A stretch of 64,000 nt of DNA from Gammaproteobacteria bacterium (GCA_043784265.1 JAYVYN010000024.1:2621-66620), one strand, 5' to 3'; shown: positions 1 through 10,239, counted from the stretch's first letter. The notes: generated by a model from the letters alone, not told the origin. Made by a program: numbers and translations.

Positions 1-495
1 CCGGAAGGTAAGACCATGTGCGGGCTATGTTCGCGTCTCAGGCGTGGCGCCTTGTACCGATTTGCTTCCGAGAATGGCATCACTAAGATTGCTCTGGGTC
101 ATCATCGGGATGACATGATTGAAACACTATTTTTGAACATGTTTTTTGGCGGAAAGCTCAAGGCCATGCCGCCGAAACTTCTCAGCGAAGATCGGCGTCA
201 CATTGTGATTCGCCCGCTTGCCTATGTTCCTGAAAGTTTGATTTCTCGTTATGCAATGGCGCGCGCCTTTCCGATTATTCCTTGCACCTTGTGCGGTTCC
301 CAAGACAATATGCAGCGCGTTGCAGTGAAGAATATGTTGCGGGAATGGGAGCTTAAATTTCCGGGCCGCATGGAGTCTATATTTTCGAGTATTTGTAACG
401 TGGCTGGATCGCAGCTAGCCGATGCCAGTCTGTTTGATTTTGCGGGCCTTGATGCCATGCAGGTGGTGCCTCAGCCGTTGGAGACTTGCACCTGA
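1..495 (+). CDS. ttcA: tRNA 2-thiocytidine synthetase TtcA, C-terminal part (5' end lies outside the window)
   Basis: Frame is open from nt 1. [27 protein letters not shown] and PCTLCGSQ match the E. coli TtcA core and Cys cluster. Confidence 0.85.
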   Translation, partial: PEGKTMCGLCSRLRRGALYRFASENGITKIALGHHRDDMIETLFLNMFFGGKLKAMPPKLLSEDRRHIVIRPLAYVPESLISRYAMARAFPIIPCTLCGSQDNMQRVAVKNMLREWELKFPGRMESIFSSICNVAGSQLADASLFDFAGLDAMQVVPQPLETCT

Positions 496-2003
496 AGGAC
501 GGTGATTTTTTGCTCCCGCCATTGGCTAATAGCTTTTGGATAGAACCGGGGCGATTGCTGGCAGGTGAATACCCGGGAGCCGCAACCTCAGCGGCAACTC
601 TTGCGCCAACCTCGGCGGCGACGCAAGTGCGTCTCGCGCAATTGATCAACGCGGGTATTAGTTATTTTATTGATTTAACTCAAGCGGGTGAGCTTGCGCC
701 TTACGATCACCTACTTCCCGAAGTTCACGAAGATGGGCGTTATCTTATTTACGTGCGTAAAACTATACGTGATCACGGCATACCGTCGCCTAACGAGATG
801 GTGGAAATACTTGACTATATTGCGCGAGCGCTGGAAGTAGGCCATCAGGTATATGTTCACTGTCGCGCTGGCATCGGTCGTACCAATACGGTAACGGGTT
901 GCTGGTTACGACGTAGAGGGTTTGCAGGACCTGAGGCGATCGAGCACTTAAACACATTGTGGAAGGCGAATGCCCGTGCAACAACTTGGCCCCATGTCCC
1001 GGAAACCCATCAGCAAGAAGAATATGTACTCGATTGGAAAGAGCCGGGCGAAGATCTGCCGCTGACCGATCTAGGAGGTGAATTGAAAGTGGTGGCTGAC
1101 TTGCGTGAGCGCTATCGTGGGGCTTTGTTGGGCTTGGCAGTCGGTGACGCGATGGGCGCGATCACGCAATATGGTCTGCCGGGACAATTTACAGCGGTCG
1201 CTGATATGCAGAGCGGCGGCCATTGGCAGTTAGCACGTGGGGCTTGGACCGACGATACCGCCATAACTTTGTGTGTAGCGGAGAGCCTATTAACGCTGGA
1301 TCGCTGTGATATCGGTGATCAGCTGGAGCGCTATCGTCGCTGGCAAACAGGGGGGTATTTATCGAGCGACGGACAGTGTGTCGGCATTACCGCGGCTGTG
1401 ACTGAGGCGCTGCACGCGCAAGATTTTGCCGAACACAATAGCAAGTCCGCGCGGCCCACCGCTCAAGGTTTGGTCCGTGTCGGTGCGGTTGTTTTATATA
1501 GCGCAATATTGCCGGAACAAGTGCTGCTGTGGGTGGAGCAGGTTGTACGCGTGACCCACCAGGCACCTGATGTGCTCGCGGCGGCACAGTACTATGCTTG
1601 TCTGTTGCTGGCTGCGGTGCAAGGATCATCGCGCACCACGCTACTGGCCGACGCGAATGCGCTGTTGCCCAAAGTAGCCAATGAACCTTGGGCGTCTCTA
1701 AAAACCTATCCGCATCGGACTCCTACCTTAAAGGGTGCCGTGGTTGACGAGCTGTTGTTAGTGTTAGCCGTTCTTGGGAGCACACTGAGCTACCGTGAAG
1801 GCCTGCTTAAATTGACCAACATGGGTGGAGATTCAGACATCAGGGGGGCCTTATATGGTCAATTAGCGGGAGCGCTATATGGAATTCACAATATCCCTAG
1901 GGGCTGGAGCCGCGCGTTGTTGCGGCGCGAATTTCTTGAGAATATGGCGGATCGATTATTGGTCGCCGCGCTCGTCCCCAATTGCGGCGCTCCTATATTA
2001 TAA
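486..2003 (+). CDS. Fusion protein: CX5R Cys-phosphatase (PTP/DSP-like) domain plus ADP-ribosylglycohydrolase (ARH/DraG-like) domain
   Basis: N-terminal part has [15 protein letters not shown] and the P-loop HCRAGIGRT (nt 858-884). C-terminal ~300 aa has [15 protein letters not shown] and [23 protein letters not shown] start overlaps the ttcA stop. Confidence 0.75.
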   Translation: MHLKDGDFLLPPLANSFWIEPGRLLAGEYPGAATSAATLAPTSAATQVRLAQLINAGISYFIDLTQAGELAPYDHLLPEVHEDGRYLIYVRKTIRDHGIPSPNEMVEILDYIARALEVGHQVYVHCRAGIGRTNTVTGCWLRRRGFAGPEAIEHLNTLWKANARATTWPHVPETHQQEEYVLDWKEPGEDLPLTDLGGELKVVADLRERYRGALLGLAVGDAMGAITQYGLPGQFTAVADMQSGGHWQLARGAWTDDTAITLCVAESLLTLDRCDIGDQLERYRRWQTGGYLSSDGQCVGITAAVTEALHAQDFAEHNSKSARPTAQGLVRVGAVVLYSAILPEQVLLWVEQVVRVTHQAPDVLAAAQYYACLLLAAVQGSSRTTLLADANALLPKVANEPWASLKTYPHRTPTLKGAVVDELLLVLAVLGSTLSYREGLLKLTNMGGDSDIRGALYGQLAGALYGIHNIPRGWSRALLRREFLENMADRLLVAALVPNCGAPIL

Positions 2004-2015
2004 TTCCGGTATCCC

Positions 2016-3089
2016 ATGCCCCAGCCCGCCATCAATTCTTCCTTAGCTCGCACCACCCGCGAATCACGGCGTGGGTTACGCTACACATGGGAAACCCTGA
2101 CTGATGATCAACTGCTGAGCCTGCGATTTTGCGATCTGAAACTCACTATTGAAGGCACTGAACTTGAATCGGCGATTGCGAAGCTGTATCACGAGTTAGC
2201 GCTGCGTGGCATTCGTTTTCGGCCACATTGCTGGTTAGCCCAGGAATGGTTCTCGCCCGATAGCGTGCCGGGAATAGCGATTCCCTTTTATTTAGCACAC
2301 CCGCGTCTTATGAGTATCGAGCGACGCTTTATGCGACAAGTGGAAGGCGGAAATCGAAATTGGCTAATGCGAATCTTGCGGCACGAAGCGGGCCATGCGA
2401 TTGATACGGCATATCGACTGCGCCGTAAGCGCCGCTGGCGGGAGGTATTCGGTCCCGCCTCACTTCCCTATCCTGATACGTATCGACCCAGGCCTGGTAG
2501 CCGCCGATTCGTGCAGCATTTAGGCGATTGGTACGCACAGGCACACCCCACTGAAGATTTTGCAGAAACTTTTGCGGTATGGCTCAAGCCTAAGTCTGGC
2601 TGGCGCAGGGAGTACCGAGGATGGCCTGCGTATACAAAATTAGAATTTATCGACACGCTGGTGGCAGAAATTTGCGAGTCCAAACCGGTGGTGAACGATC
2701 GCGGAACCATTGAGAATTTACGCGACGAGACGATAAGTCTGCGTGCTCACTATAATCAAAAGTTTGCCCGCTACCGTATGCCGCGGCGCTCCGGTGCCGA
2801 TGAATTACTATTAAAAATATTTTCTAATGTTCCGCGTGCGCGCAACTCGAATAAGGCGGCAAGCCTAGTGCGCGAAATGCGTCGTCCATTACGTCAAGAA
2901 ACGCTACGCTCAGGTGTGTTTAGCGAATACTTAGTGCATCAGGTGCTGCGGTTGATAATCGAGCGTTGTGAGGCTCTAGGTTTGTATGTGCGCGGGCCGC
3001 GTCGAGAACTTAAAACCCATTTACTGTGGATCATAGGACGGCTATCGGAGTCTTATGAGGAACGACAGTTACCACGAGTCGCTCTTTGA
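2016..3089 (+). CDS. Putative zinc metallopeptidase (HExxH; 'putative zinc-binding metallopeptidase' type)
   Basis: HEAGHAID motif followed by EDFAETFAVWL. Size and adjacency to a Ddl-like ATP-grasp gene fit this family as I recall it. Confidence 0.65.
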   Translation: MPQPAINSSLARTTRESRRGLRYTWETLTDDQLLSLRFCDLKLTIEGTELESAIAKLYHELALRGIRFRPHCWLAQEWFSPDSVPGIAIPFYLAHPRLMSIERRFMRQVEGGNRNWLMRILRHEAGHAIDTAYRLRRKRRWREVFGPASLPYPDTYRPRPGSRRFVQHLGDWYAQAHPTEDFAETFAVWLKPKSGWRREYRGWPAYTKLEFIDTLVAEICESKPVVNDRGTIENLRDETISLRAHYNQKFARYRMPRRSGADELLLKIFSNVPRARNSNKAASLVREMRRPLRQETLRSGVFSEYLVHQVLRLIIERCEALGLYVRGPRRELKTHLLWIIGRLSESYEERQLPRVAL

Positions 3090-3096
3090 TTTGGTT

Positions 3097-4134
3097 ATGC
3101 TAAAAAAAATACGCATACTCGTGTTAGTGCACGCGACTCTGGTGCCGCCGGATTCTTTGGATGGCTCCAGCGAGAAAGAAATTGCGGAGTGGCGTACCGA
3201 ATACGATGTAATTTCGCACTTGAAGTCCGCAGGACATGAAATAAGGACCTTGGGATTAAGCGATAACTTATCAGAACTTAGGCGCGCTATTATTGATTGG
3301 AAACCCGACATTGTATTTAATTTGCTGGAAGAATTTGATGGAATTGTGACCTACGATCAGCATGTAGTCGCATTTTTAGAATTGATGCATCAACCGTACA
3401 CGGGTTGTAATCCACGCGGCATGATGTTGTCGCGTGATAAAGTTCTGTCCAAGCAATTGCTTTCGTACCACCGTATTCCGACGCCCCAATTTACGGTGTT
3501 TCCGCGTGGCAAAAAATTACGTATTTCGAAGAAGTTACAATTTCCCTTGTTTGTGAAATCTTCGACTGAAGATGCGTCGCTGGGTATTGCGCATGCCTCA
3601 GTGGTGACGGATGAGAAGCAATTAGTAGAACGAATTACTTTTATTCACGAGCAAATCTTGTCGGATGCTTTGGTGGAGGAATATATTGAGGGTCGTGAGC
3701 TGTATGTGGGAGTGATTGGAAATAATCGCTTGAAAGTATTGCCCGTGTGGGAGATGACTTTTGGGTCATTGCCCGAGAATTTGCCGGCTATTGCAACACG
3801 TAAAGTTAAGTGGGATCGTACCTATCAACAAAAATATGGAATTACCACGGCGGTGGCTGAAAATTTGCCCGATGGTACGATGGCACGATTAGAACAATTG
3901 TCTAAACGCATATTTCGCGCCTTACACCTGACCGGCTATGCTCGCATGGATTTTCGTCTGCGCAACGATGGTGCGCTCTATGTGCTCGAAGCGAATGCAA
4001 ATCCCAATCTTTCAGCCGCGGAGGATTTTGCTCAATCTGCGCATTCGGCGGGTATGAATTACGCTGATGTATTGCACCGGATTGTAAAATTGGGTGAAAA
4101 TTACCCGGCTGCCTGGCGTGCACTCGACGCTTAA
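3097..4134 (+). CDS. ATP-grasp ligase, D-alanine--D-alanine-ligase-like family
   Basis: Start trimmed to MLKKIRILVLVH, 8 nt after the upstream stop. ATP-grasp signatures include FPLFVKSSTEDASLGI, EEYIEGRELYVGVIG and ARMDFRL..GALYVLEANANP. Confidence 0.75.
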   Translation: MLKKIRILVLVHATLVPPDSLDGSSEKEIAEWRTEYDVISHLKSAGHEIRTLGLSDNLSELRRAIIDWKPDIVFNLLEEFDGIVTYDQHVVAFLELMHQPYTGCNPRGMMLSRDKVLSKQLLSYHRIPTPQFTVFPRGKKLRISKKLQFPLFVKSSTEDASLGIAHASVVTDEKQLVERITFIHEQILSDALVEEYIEGRELYVGVIGNNRLKVLPVWEMTFGSLPENLPAIATRKVKWDRTYQQKYGITTAVAENLPDGTMARLEQLSKRIFRALHLTGYARMDFRLRNDGALYVLEANANPNLSAAEDFAQSAHSAGMNYADVLHRIVKLGENYPAAWRALDA

Positions 4135-6188
4135 GGGCGGGTCCATTGGTCCATCCAGCTGAGGACTTTGTCATACCAAAGTACGCTATTGGCCGGTTTT
4201 AAAATCCAGTGGTTTTCATCGGGGAAAAATAAGAACTCGCTTGGAATACCACGCCGTTGTAGTGCAGTAAATACACTAACACCTTGTGTGTAAGGCACGC
4301 GATAATCGAGCTGTCCGTGGATGACCAAGGTCGGCGTCTTCCAATGAGTTATGAAGTCCACTGGATTAAATTGCGCGTAACCTTTGGGGTTCTGAAATTC
4401 GGCACCACCGTTTTCCCATTCGTTAGCCCATAGTTCTTCAGTGGAGTAATACATGCTGCGCTGATCGAATATCCCAGAGTGACTGACCAAGCATTTGAAT
4501 CGATCCGGCCATTGCCCGGCGATCCAATTCACCATGAAACCACCGTATGAGCCTCCTAACGCGCACATATGTTCGCCATCGAGCCAAGGAAATTCTTTAA
4601 GGGCGGCGTCGAGGCCCAACTTTAAATCGTCGAGGGGTTTGCCACCCCAATCCTTGCTGATTGAATCGGTGAAAGCTTGGCCGTAGCCTGTGGATCCGTG
4701 GAAATCGATCATCACCACGGCATAGCCTGCGGCGGCGAAACTTTGCGCATTCCAACGATAGTGCCAAGAGTTACCTAAACTGCCTTGCGGCCCACCGTGT
4801 ATCACAAAGGCGACGGGATACTTTTGATGGCGCTTAAACTCCGGGGGCTTTACCACGTAGCCATATACGTTCTCGTGATTCCATCCCTCAAAATTAAACT
4901 GTTCGTACTCACCTAACTTGCGCTGGGCGAGAATGCTGTCATTCACCCGGGTCATCTGCGTAGCTTTACCACCACTCAATCCTACCGCGTAAAGATCGGC
5001 TGGACTCCCCAGCGTGCTCAAGGTGTAAAAGACCTTGCCAGTGCCGATGCTAAAACTCTCCACTTTGCCAGCGCCGGTAATAGCGGCAGCTCGACCGGTA
5101 ATGGCGTCAATTGACCATAGCGGATGTTGACCTAGATGGTCAGTCGCGGCGATTAGCGCTTTACCATTTGGTTGCCAGGCAAAACTGGTGATAGAGCGAT
5201 CCCAATTTTGAGTGAGCGCTTGTTTGACGCCTGTTTTCAGGTCAAGTAGCACGAGATGGAAGCGGTCTGCCTCAAACCCTGCGCGATCCATGGCGACATA
5301 GGCGAGTGTCGAGCCGTCCGGCGAAAACGCCGGTTGCCCGTCCCAGGCGGGATTACCCGCGGTCAAGTTACGCGCAGTTCCGCCCTCGACCGAAACCGTA
5401 TAAATATCAAAATTAGTCGACCAGGGCTCAGTCTTGCCGGCGACGCGCAGTGAGAACACCACCTGCTTGCCATCTGGGCTGAAGCCATAATCTTCACGAC
5501 CACCGAACGGTTTACTGGGAACGTCGCCGCTTCCGTCGGTAAGCCTAATGGGGGGCGAATGGCCGTCAATGGGCAGCGAAAACAATTGCGCGCGCCGTGC
5601 ATCGCCCCAGGTATCCCAGTGCCTAACAAATAAGTGGTCGTAAAGCATGCCGCTGGACGCCGATTTACTGACCGTTTCAAGACGCTGGTGCGAACACGCG
5701 AGATCCGCACAATCGGGGTATACCTCTAAGCTCACGAGCGCAACGTCGCCGCTCGGCGAGAGACGAAAGCTACCGACGTCGAGCGGCAGGTGTGTGATTT
5801 GTTCGGGATTGCCAGCGGTTGGTGAAATGCGCCAGATCTGGGTTGTTCCGTTCTGTGTGGCGAGGTAATAGACGTAGCGACTATCGGCGCTCCAGGCAGA
5901 CGAATTAGCGCTAACCAGCGGATCGGTTAGCCGCCGTGCAACCGCATGCTTGCGATTCTCTACCAGCCATATACTGGTGCGGCCTTTATTGGCGGCTATA
6001 TCAGTGCTGCGCAGCGTGTAGGTAACTTGAATGCCATCCGGTGCCGCCACAGGATCTGATATACGTTGTAGCCGGACTAAATCTTGGGCACCAAAGCGTG
6101 CCGGAGCGGGGTTGTGCGTGGATTTTGCGGAAGCGATGGTTCCCAAGGCTGTTAAGGCGAATACCCCTAGAATAGTTTTAACCGCCAT
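4131..6188 (-). CDS. Secreted S9 family serine peptidase (prolyl oligopeptidase / acylaminoacyl-peptidase-like)
   Basis: Signal peptide, beta-propeller-like N-terminal half, GGSYGG nucleophile elbow, and C-terminal HGQLDYRVP...DENHW (Asp/His). Confidence 0.85.
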   Translation of the reverse strand: MAVKTILGVFALTALGTIASAKSTHNPAPARFGAQDLVRLQRISDPVAAPDGIQVTYTLRSTDIAANKGRTSIWLVENRKHAVARRLTDPLVSANSSAWSADSRYVYYLATQNGTTQIWRISPTAGNPEQITHLPLDVGSFRLSPSGDVALVSLEVYPDCADLACSHQRLETVSKSASSGMLYDHLFVRHWDTWGDARRAQLFSLPIDGHSPPIRLTDGSGDVPSKPFGGREDYGFSPDGKQVVFSLRVAGKTEPWSTNFDIYTVSVEGGTARNLTAGNPAWDGQPAFSPDGSTLAYVAMDRAGFEADRFHLVLLDLKTGVKQALTQNWDRSITSFAWQPNGKALIAATDHLGQHPLWSIDAITGRAAAITGAGKVESFSIGTGKVFYTLSTLGSPADLYAVGLSGGKATQMTRVNDSILAQRKLGEYEQFNFEGWNHENVYGYVVKPPEFKRHQKYPVAFVIHGGPQGSLGNSWHYRWNAQSFAAAGYAVVMIDFHGSTGYGQAFTDSISKDWGGKPLDDLKLGLDAALKEFPWLDGEHMCALGGSYGGFMVNWIAGQWPDRFKCLVSHSGIFDQRSMYYSTEELWANEWENGGAEFQNPKGYAQFNPVDFITHWKTPTLVIHGQLDYRVPYTQGVSVFTALQRRGIPSEFLFFPDENHWILKPANSVLWYDKVLSWMDQWTRP

Positions 6189-6333
6189 TACGAAGTCCTC
6201 AGCATAAAAACCTCACCTGTAACGCCTTTTGCAATTGTAGCCTGACCAGGCTTTGCGTCGTAAACTTTAACGGGCCACCGCTTCCCGTACTCAGCGGTTA
6301 GCTGTGATACTACGGGTTTTTAGCAGGCGCGCG

Positions 6334-7005
6334 ATGTTCCCACCTAAGGTGCTGAGTTTCGATTTAGACGATACGCTGTGGCCGGTGGCTCCGGTCATAG
6401 CGCTGGCCGAGATTAAACTACTGGATTGGCTTAAAAAACACTATCCACGTTCGGTAATGGGCCATGATATTCATAGCATGAGGATCAAGCGAGCCGCAGT
6501 AGTCGAGCAATTTCCAGCCATGAGTCATGATTTTACATTTCTGCGTAGACAATCGCTGGCGCAGCAATTGACTGAGGCGGGATACGCAGAAACGATTGCG
6601 GATGACGCCATGGAGGTTTTTTTCTCCGCCCGTAACCGGGTGACCTTTTATCCTGACGTAACGCCCGCGTTGCGTCGATTACAAACGCGCTATCGATTAT
6701 TTGCAATTAGCAATGGTAATGCTGACCTGGGACGCTGCGGGATTGCTAATTTTTTCGAAGGCGCTATTAGCGCGCGGGATGCCGGGGTGGCGAAACCCGA
6801 TGCGCGAATATTTGCGCAACTACTGTTGTTGTCGGGCGTCGCAGCGCACGAAGTGCTGCATATCGGTGATGATCCGTTAGCCGATGTGGTTGGCGCCACC
6901 CGAGCCGGAATGCAGGCCGTATGGTTGAATCGTGACGGACGAGATTGGCCGCAAACTTATGACGTACCCCTGCGCACGGTAACTAGTCTTGACCCGATCG
7001 TCTAA
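6334..7005 (+). CDS. HAD-superfamily hydrolase
   Basis: FDLDDTLW motif I, SNGN motif II region, GDDPLADVVGA motif IV. Start trimmed to the ATG at 6334. Confidence 0.75.
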   Translation: MFPPKVLSFDLDDTLWPVAPVIALAEIKLLDWLKKHYPRSVMGHDIHSMRIKRAAVVEQFPAMSHDFTFLRRQSLAQQLTEAGYAETIADDAMEVFFSARNRVTFYPDVTPALRRLQTRYRLFAISNGNADLGRCGIANFFEGAISARDAGVAKPDARIFAQLLLLSGVAAHEVLHIGDDPLADVVGATRAGMQAVWLNRDGRDWPQTYDVPLRTVTSLDPIV

Positions 7006-7825
7006 AGGGCCGCTCTTGACGGCGAAAGTGATAGAACAATTACATAGTGCCGCGAGTACAGGTTTGTCGGTGCTGCACTGTTCTGTAGACTTACAGCGCT
7101 CGGTCTCGGAAATACAGATGGAGATCGCCGGTTGGACCTGGAATGGTCGCCGTTTCGGGTTGCCGCATAAGTGGAACGATCGAACAATTTATTACTCCAC
7201 CGAACAGGGTTTTGTGCCGGTTTCGAAATACGAGAATTCTCTAATAAAACTGGTGCCAACTGATTGGGGACCGCCCACTTTTGAGATCGATGGCATCAAA
7301 ATGTTGCCGAGTGCAAAAATATCGCCCTATCTGGACGCCGCCGCCAAGGTGAGCTTTATTCAGCCGCGCGGAAAATTGATACTGGATACCTGCGGAGGTC
7401 TCGGATACTTTGCTGATTGGTGCTTGCAGGGGCTTGCTAGTCAAGTCCATTCATTTGAGAAAAATGAGGACGTTTTATGGTTGCGAAGCCTAAATCCCTG
7501 GTCCCCGGAAGAGTGCGCGCCGTTAGTGCTGAAGTGTGCTGATGTGACCGTTGCGATTGTCGAAATAGCTGACCGATTTTACGATGCCATATTGCATGAT
7601 CCCCCGAGATTTGGTATTGCCGGCGAACTATATTCGCAGGTTTTTTATGACCAGCTTGCGCGTGTGCTTAAATACCGCGGCAAATTGTTTCATTACACCG
7701 GCTCGCCCAATAAATTAACTAGTCAGCGGGACGTGCAGAACGAAGTGGCAGGCCGGCTGCGTCGCGCAGGCTTTAAGGTTCAGTCAAAGGGCGATGGTTT
7801 ACTGGCCGAGAAAACCACTCGCTGA
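6989..7825 (+). CDS. Class I SAM-dependent methyltransferase (predicted RNA/unknown substrate)
   Basis: ILDTCGGLGY (motif I) and HDPPRFG (motif IV-like). TTG start is uncertain. Confidence 0.55.
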   Translation: MTRSSKGPLLTAKVIEQLHSAASTGLSVLHCSVDLQRSVSEIQMEIAGWTWNGRRFGLPHKWNDRTIYYSTEQGFVPVSKYENSLIKLVPTDWGPPTFEIDGIKMLPSAKISPYLDAAAKVSFIQPRGKLILDTCGGLGYFADWCLQGLASQVHSFEKNEDVLWLRSLNPWSPEECAPLVLKCADVTVAIVEIADRFYDAILHDPPRFGIAGELYSQVFYDQLARVLKYRGKLFHYTGSPNKLTSQRDVQNEVAGRLRRAGFKVQSKGDGLLAEKTTR

Positions 7826-7830
7826 GCAGC

Positions 7831-9117
7831 CTAATCGCGAGCTTCGCGGGATGGCCAAGTGGCGCTAAATCGCGCCCCGCCCAAGGGAGATTCAGACACG
7901 CTAATAGAGCCATGATGTAACTCAAAAATGCGTTTAACAATCGCAAGACCTAAACCAAACCCAGTTTTCTTTTCAGCATTTAGATCTAGTCGTACAAAAG
8001 ACTCAAACACCCTAAATCGATCTTCAGCCGGAATACCCGGGCCATCGTCATCGATCGTTAAATTATTGTTGCCATTTTCTGCGGTGAAGCTTATTTGGAT
8101 TTCGCGTTGCGCGTAACGAGCCGCGTTATACAGGAGATTTTTTATTGCAGATTCCAATAAATGCGCGTCGCAGATAATTTTGTTTGCATCGCTTTGTATG
8201 TCAGTCTTGAGACTTAAATCCGGCCGCGTGTCACGTCTGACATATTCGGCGATTGCGGGAATCAGCGCGGTAAAATCGTGCGCCTTGGTTTGAATTGCCG
8301 TATCAGCGCGTTCCAAAATGGCATAGTTCAAGGTGGCCGTCGCCAAATTGTTTATTGCGGCTATGTCGCGTTTTATATGTTGCAAAATAATGCGGATATT
8401 GATGGGATTTTCTGTCTCTTGGGCCAGCTCAATCTCGAATTGCATGCGTGAAAGTGGGGTTCGAATTTCATGGGAGAGTGCGTTTGACATGTCTTTGTGA
8501 GACGAGATGAGTCCGTCAATCCGTGCGGCCATTTTTCTAAAAGTCTGTGATAGCGGATAAATTTGTGAATTGGCCTTGATGTTTAGGTTAAAAGCCCAGT
8601 TGCGATTACCGAATTGACTGGCTGACCGCTCTAGTTTGCTAAGATCGCGACTCAACGGCCATAACCAAATCATGATGACGAGCGCGATGGTGGAATAAAA
8701 CAGTATGGTAAGCGCCCAATCTAAGGCAGTTCGCTCGGTGTCAGGGTCAGCCGTTTTGATCGCCAGTACATGGTCTTTGTCGATCTGCTTGAGAAACCAA
8801 ATCTGCCCGGCAGCGCGTAGGTGAGCCACGCCCCTGTTTTTGAGCATTGCTAATATATCGTTGCCGGCAATATCGGAAAGTCCGAGGAGATCAATGTCCG
8901 CCCCAGAAGTCTTAGCGAACTCGGCGACGGTTTGTTTCCATTGATCCACGGGATGGCGCTGTAATTCAAGATTGACGGCCGCCGCCGCCAAGATTAGTGG
9001 CCTATCTTCGGCAGTAGCAGCGGGGCTGTATAGCTGCCACAACTTATCCTGGACGTAACTCACCCCGGCGAGCGTTGCAAATATTAGCAAGTAAAGGCCC
9101 AGGAAATGGCGCGCCAT
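7831..9117 (-). CDS. Sensor histidine kinase (two transmembrane segments, HisKA plus HATPase_c)
   Basis: H-box SHEIRTPLS, N-box LLYNAARYA, DDDGPGIP and GFGLGLAIV. Confidence 0.85.
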   Translation of the reverse strand: MARHFLGLYLLIFATLAGVSYVQDKLWQLYSPAATAEDRPLILAAAAVNLELQRHPVDQWKQTVAEFAKTSGADIDLLGLSDIAGNDILAMLKNRGVAHLRAAGQIWFLKQIDKDHVLAIKTADPDTERTALDWALTILFYSTIALVIMIWLWPLSRDLSKLERSASQFGNRNWAFNLNIKANSQIYPLSQTFRKMAARIDGLISSHKDMSNALSHEIRTPLSRMQFEIELAQETENPINIRIILQHIKRDIAAINNLATATLNYAILERADTAIQTKAHDFTALIPAIAEYVRRDTRPDLSLKTDIQSDANKIICDAHLLESAIKNLLYNAARYAQREIQISFTAENGNNNLTIDDDGPGIPAEDRFRVFESFVRLDLNAEKKTGFGLGLAIVKRIFELHHGSISVSESPLGGARFSATWPSREARD

Positions 9118-9120
9118 GCA

Positions 9121-9837
9121 TCACCAAGCGGTGGGCACAAACAAATACCCCTGGCCCCAAATGGTCTTAATACGGTGCGGTCTACTCGCGTCATCCCCTA
9201 ATTTTCGGCGCAAATGCGATATGCGCACATCGAGAAGCCGATCAGTACCCTCATAGTCACGTCCGCAAAGGCTGGAAAATAGAATCTCGCGTGATTGGGT
9301 TACTCCGGCATGTGCAGCTAGATGCAGGAGCAAATCAAATTCATGGCTAGAGAGTTCAACCGCTTGATCGCCCAAAGTTACCGAGCGTGCCGGCAGGTCA
9401 ATATGTAAGTGCCCGAAATGAAGCACCTGGGGCTCATGGGCGCGGGTCGGGCGGCGTCGAAGCAGTGCGTTGATTCTGACCAGCAGCACTCTGGGTTCAA
9501 TTGGTTTAATGACGTAATCATCGGCCCCGAGTTCGAATCCCATTATTTGATCGCTATCGTTGTCGCGTGCGGTCAATATCAGAATGGGATTGGCGTATGT
9601 CGGCCGTAATTGCTGGCATATCGAGAAACCGTCCCGGCCAGGTAGACCAAGATCAAGGACGATAAGGTCTGGCGGGTCGGTCTGGACCTGCTCCAGAACT
9701 TTATCACCGTGATTGACGACGGAGACGCGAAACCCGTGCGAGCTTAAGTATTGCCGTACTAACTCTGAGAGTCGAAGGTCATCTTCAATTAAGAGAACTT
9801 TCGGCTCTAAGGAAAGTTGAGGGCTAGTTAAAGACAT
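9121..9837 (-). CDS. OmpR/PhoB-family response regulator
   Basis: VLLIEDD...DLIVLDLGLPGRDG...ILILTARD receiver domain and a winged-helix C-terminus (IKTIWGQGYLF). Start trimmed to MSLTSPQ. Confidence 0.9.
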   Translation of the reverse strand: MSLTSPQLSLEPKVLLIEDDLRLSELVRQYLSSHGFRVSVVNHGDKVLEQVQTDPPDLIVLDLGLPGRDGFSICQQLRPTYANPILILTARDNDSDQIMGFELGADDYVIKPIEPRVLLVRINALLRRRPTRAHEPQVLHFGHLHIDLPARSVTLGDQAVELSSHEFDLLLHLAAHAGVTQSREILFSSLCGRDYEGTDRLLDVRISHLRRKLGDDASRPHRIKTIWGQGYLFVPTAW

Positions 9838-10237
9838 TCCAAGGATCTCGGCGTCGATGGCGCAAGCGCACGGCCTCTTTAATGACCCGAACAGCTGCAG
9901 TCGCCAGCACATGCTCTAGAGGTAGGTCGCGGAGTTGAAAAATTTGGTCTTCATCAAAAACCAGGTCAATGCTGTAAGTGCCTTCCGCATAATTCTCCCA
10001 GCAGTGTTTTATCTCTGGACGACCTACAATGATCAGACATAGTGATTCGGGAGTGGGTGAACGCCATTGTGCATGCACGGATGTCGAACATTGTTTGTCG
10101 CCGCTCGCCAAAGTGCACAGCCTAGGGCTAAGGGAGAGAGCAATGCCGACTGCGTCGCTAGCGGCATAAGAATAATGCGCTCCGAGGCTGCTCAGCAAGC
10201 TTAAAAGTCCAATGAATATTGAGTGGCGTCTATTCAT
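9824..10237 (-). CDS. Secreted four-Cys protein, DUF3019-like
   Basis: Signal peptide and four spaced Cys. Its position between mipA and the response regulator/kinase pair matches the arrangement I recall for DUF3019. Confidence 0.5.
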   Translation of the reverse strand: MNRRHSIFIGLLSLLSSLGAHYSYAASDAVGIALSLSPRLCTLASGDKQCSTSVHAQWRSPTPESLCLIIVGRPEIKHCWENYAEGTYSIDLVFDEDQIFQLRDLPLEHVLATAAVRVIKEAVRLRHRRRDPWNVFN

Positions 10238-10239
10238 AA

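Noticed and set aside
9525-9545. GAGTTCGAATCCC, a tRNA T-arm-like motif
   Set aside because: It lies inside the response-regulator CDS. The upstream 70 nt cannot be folded into acceptor, D and anticodon arms, so this is a chance match.
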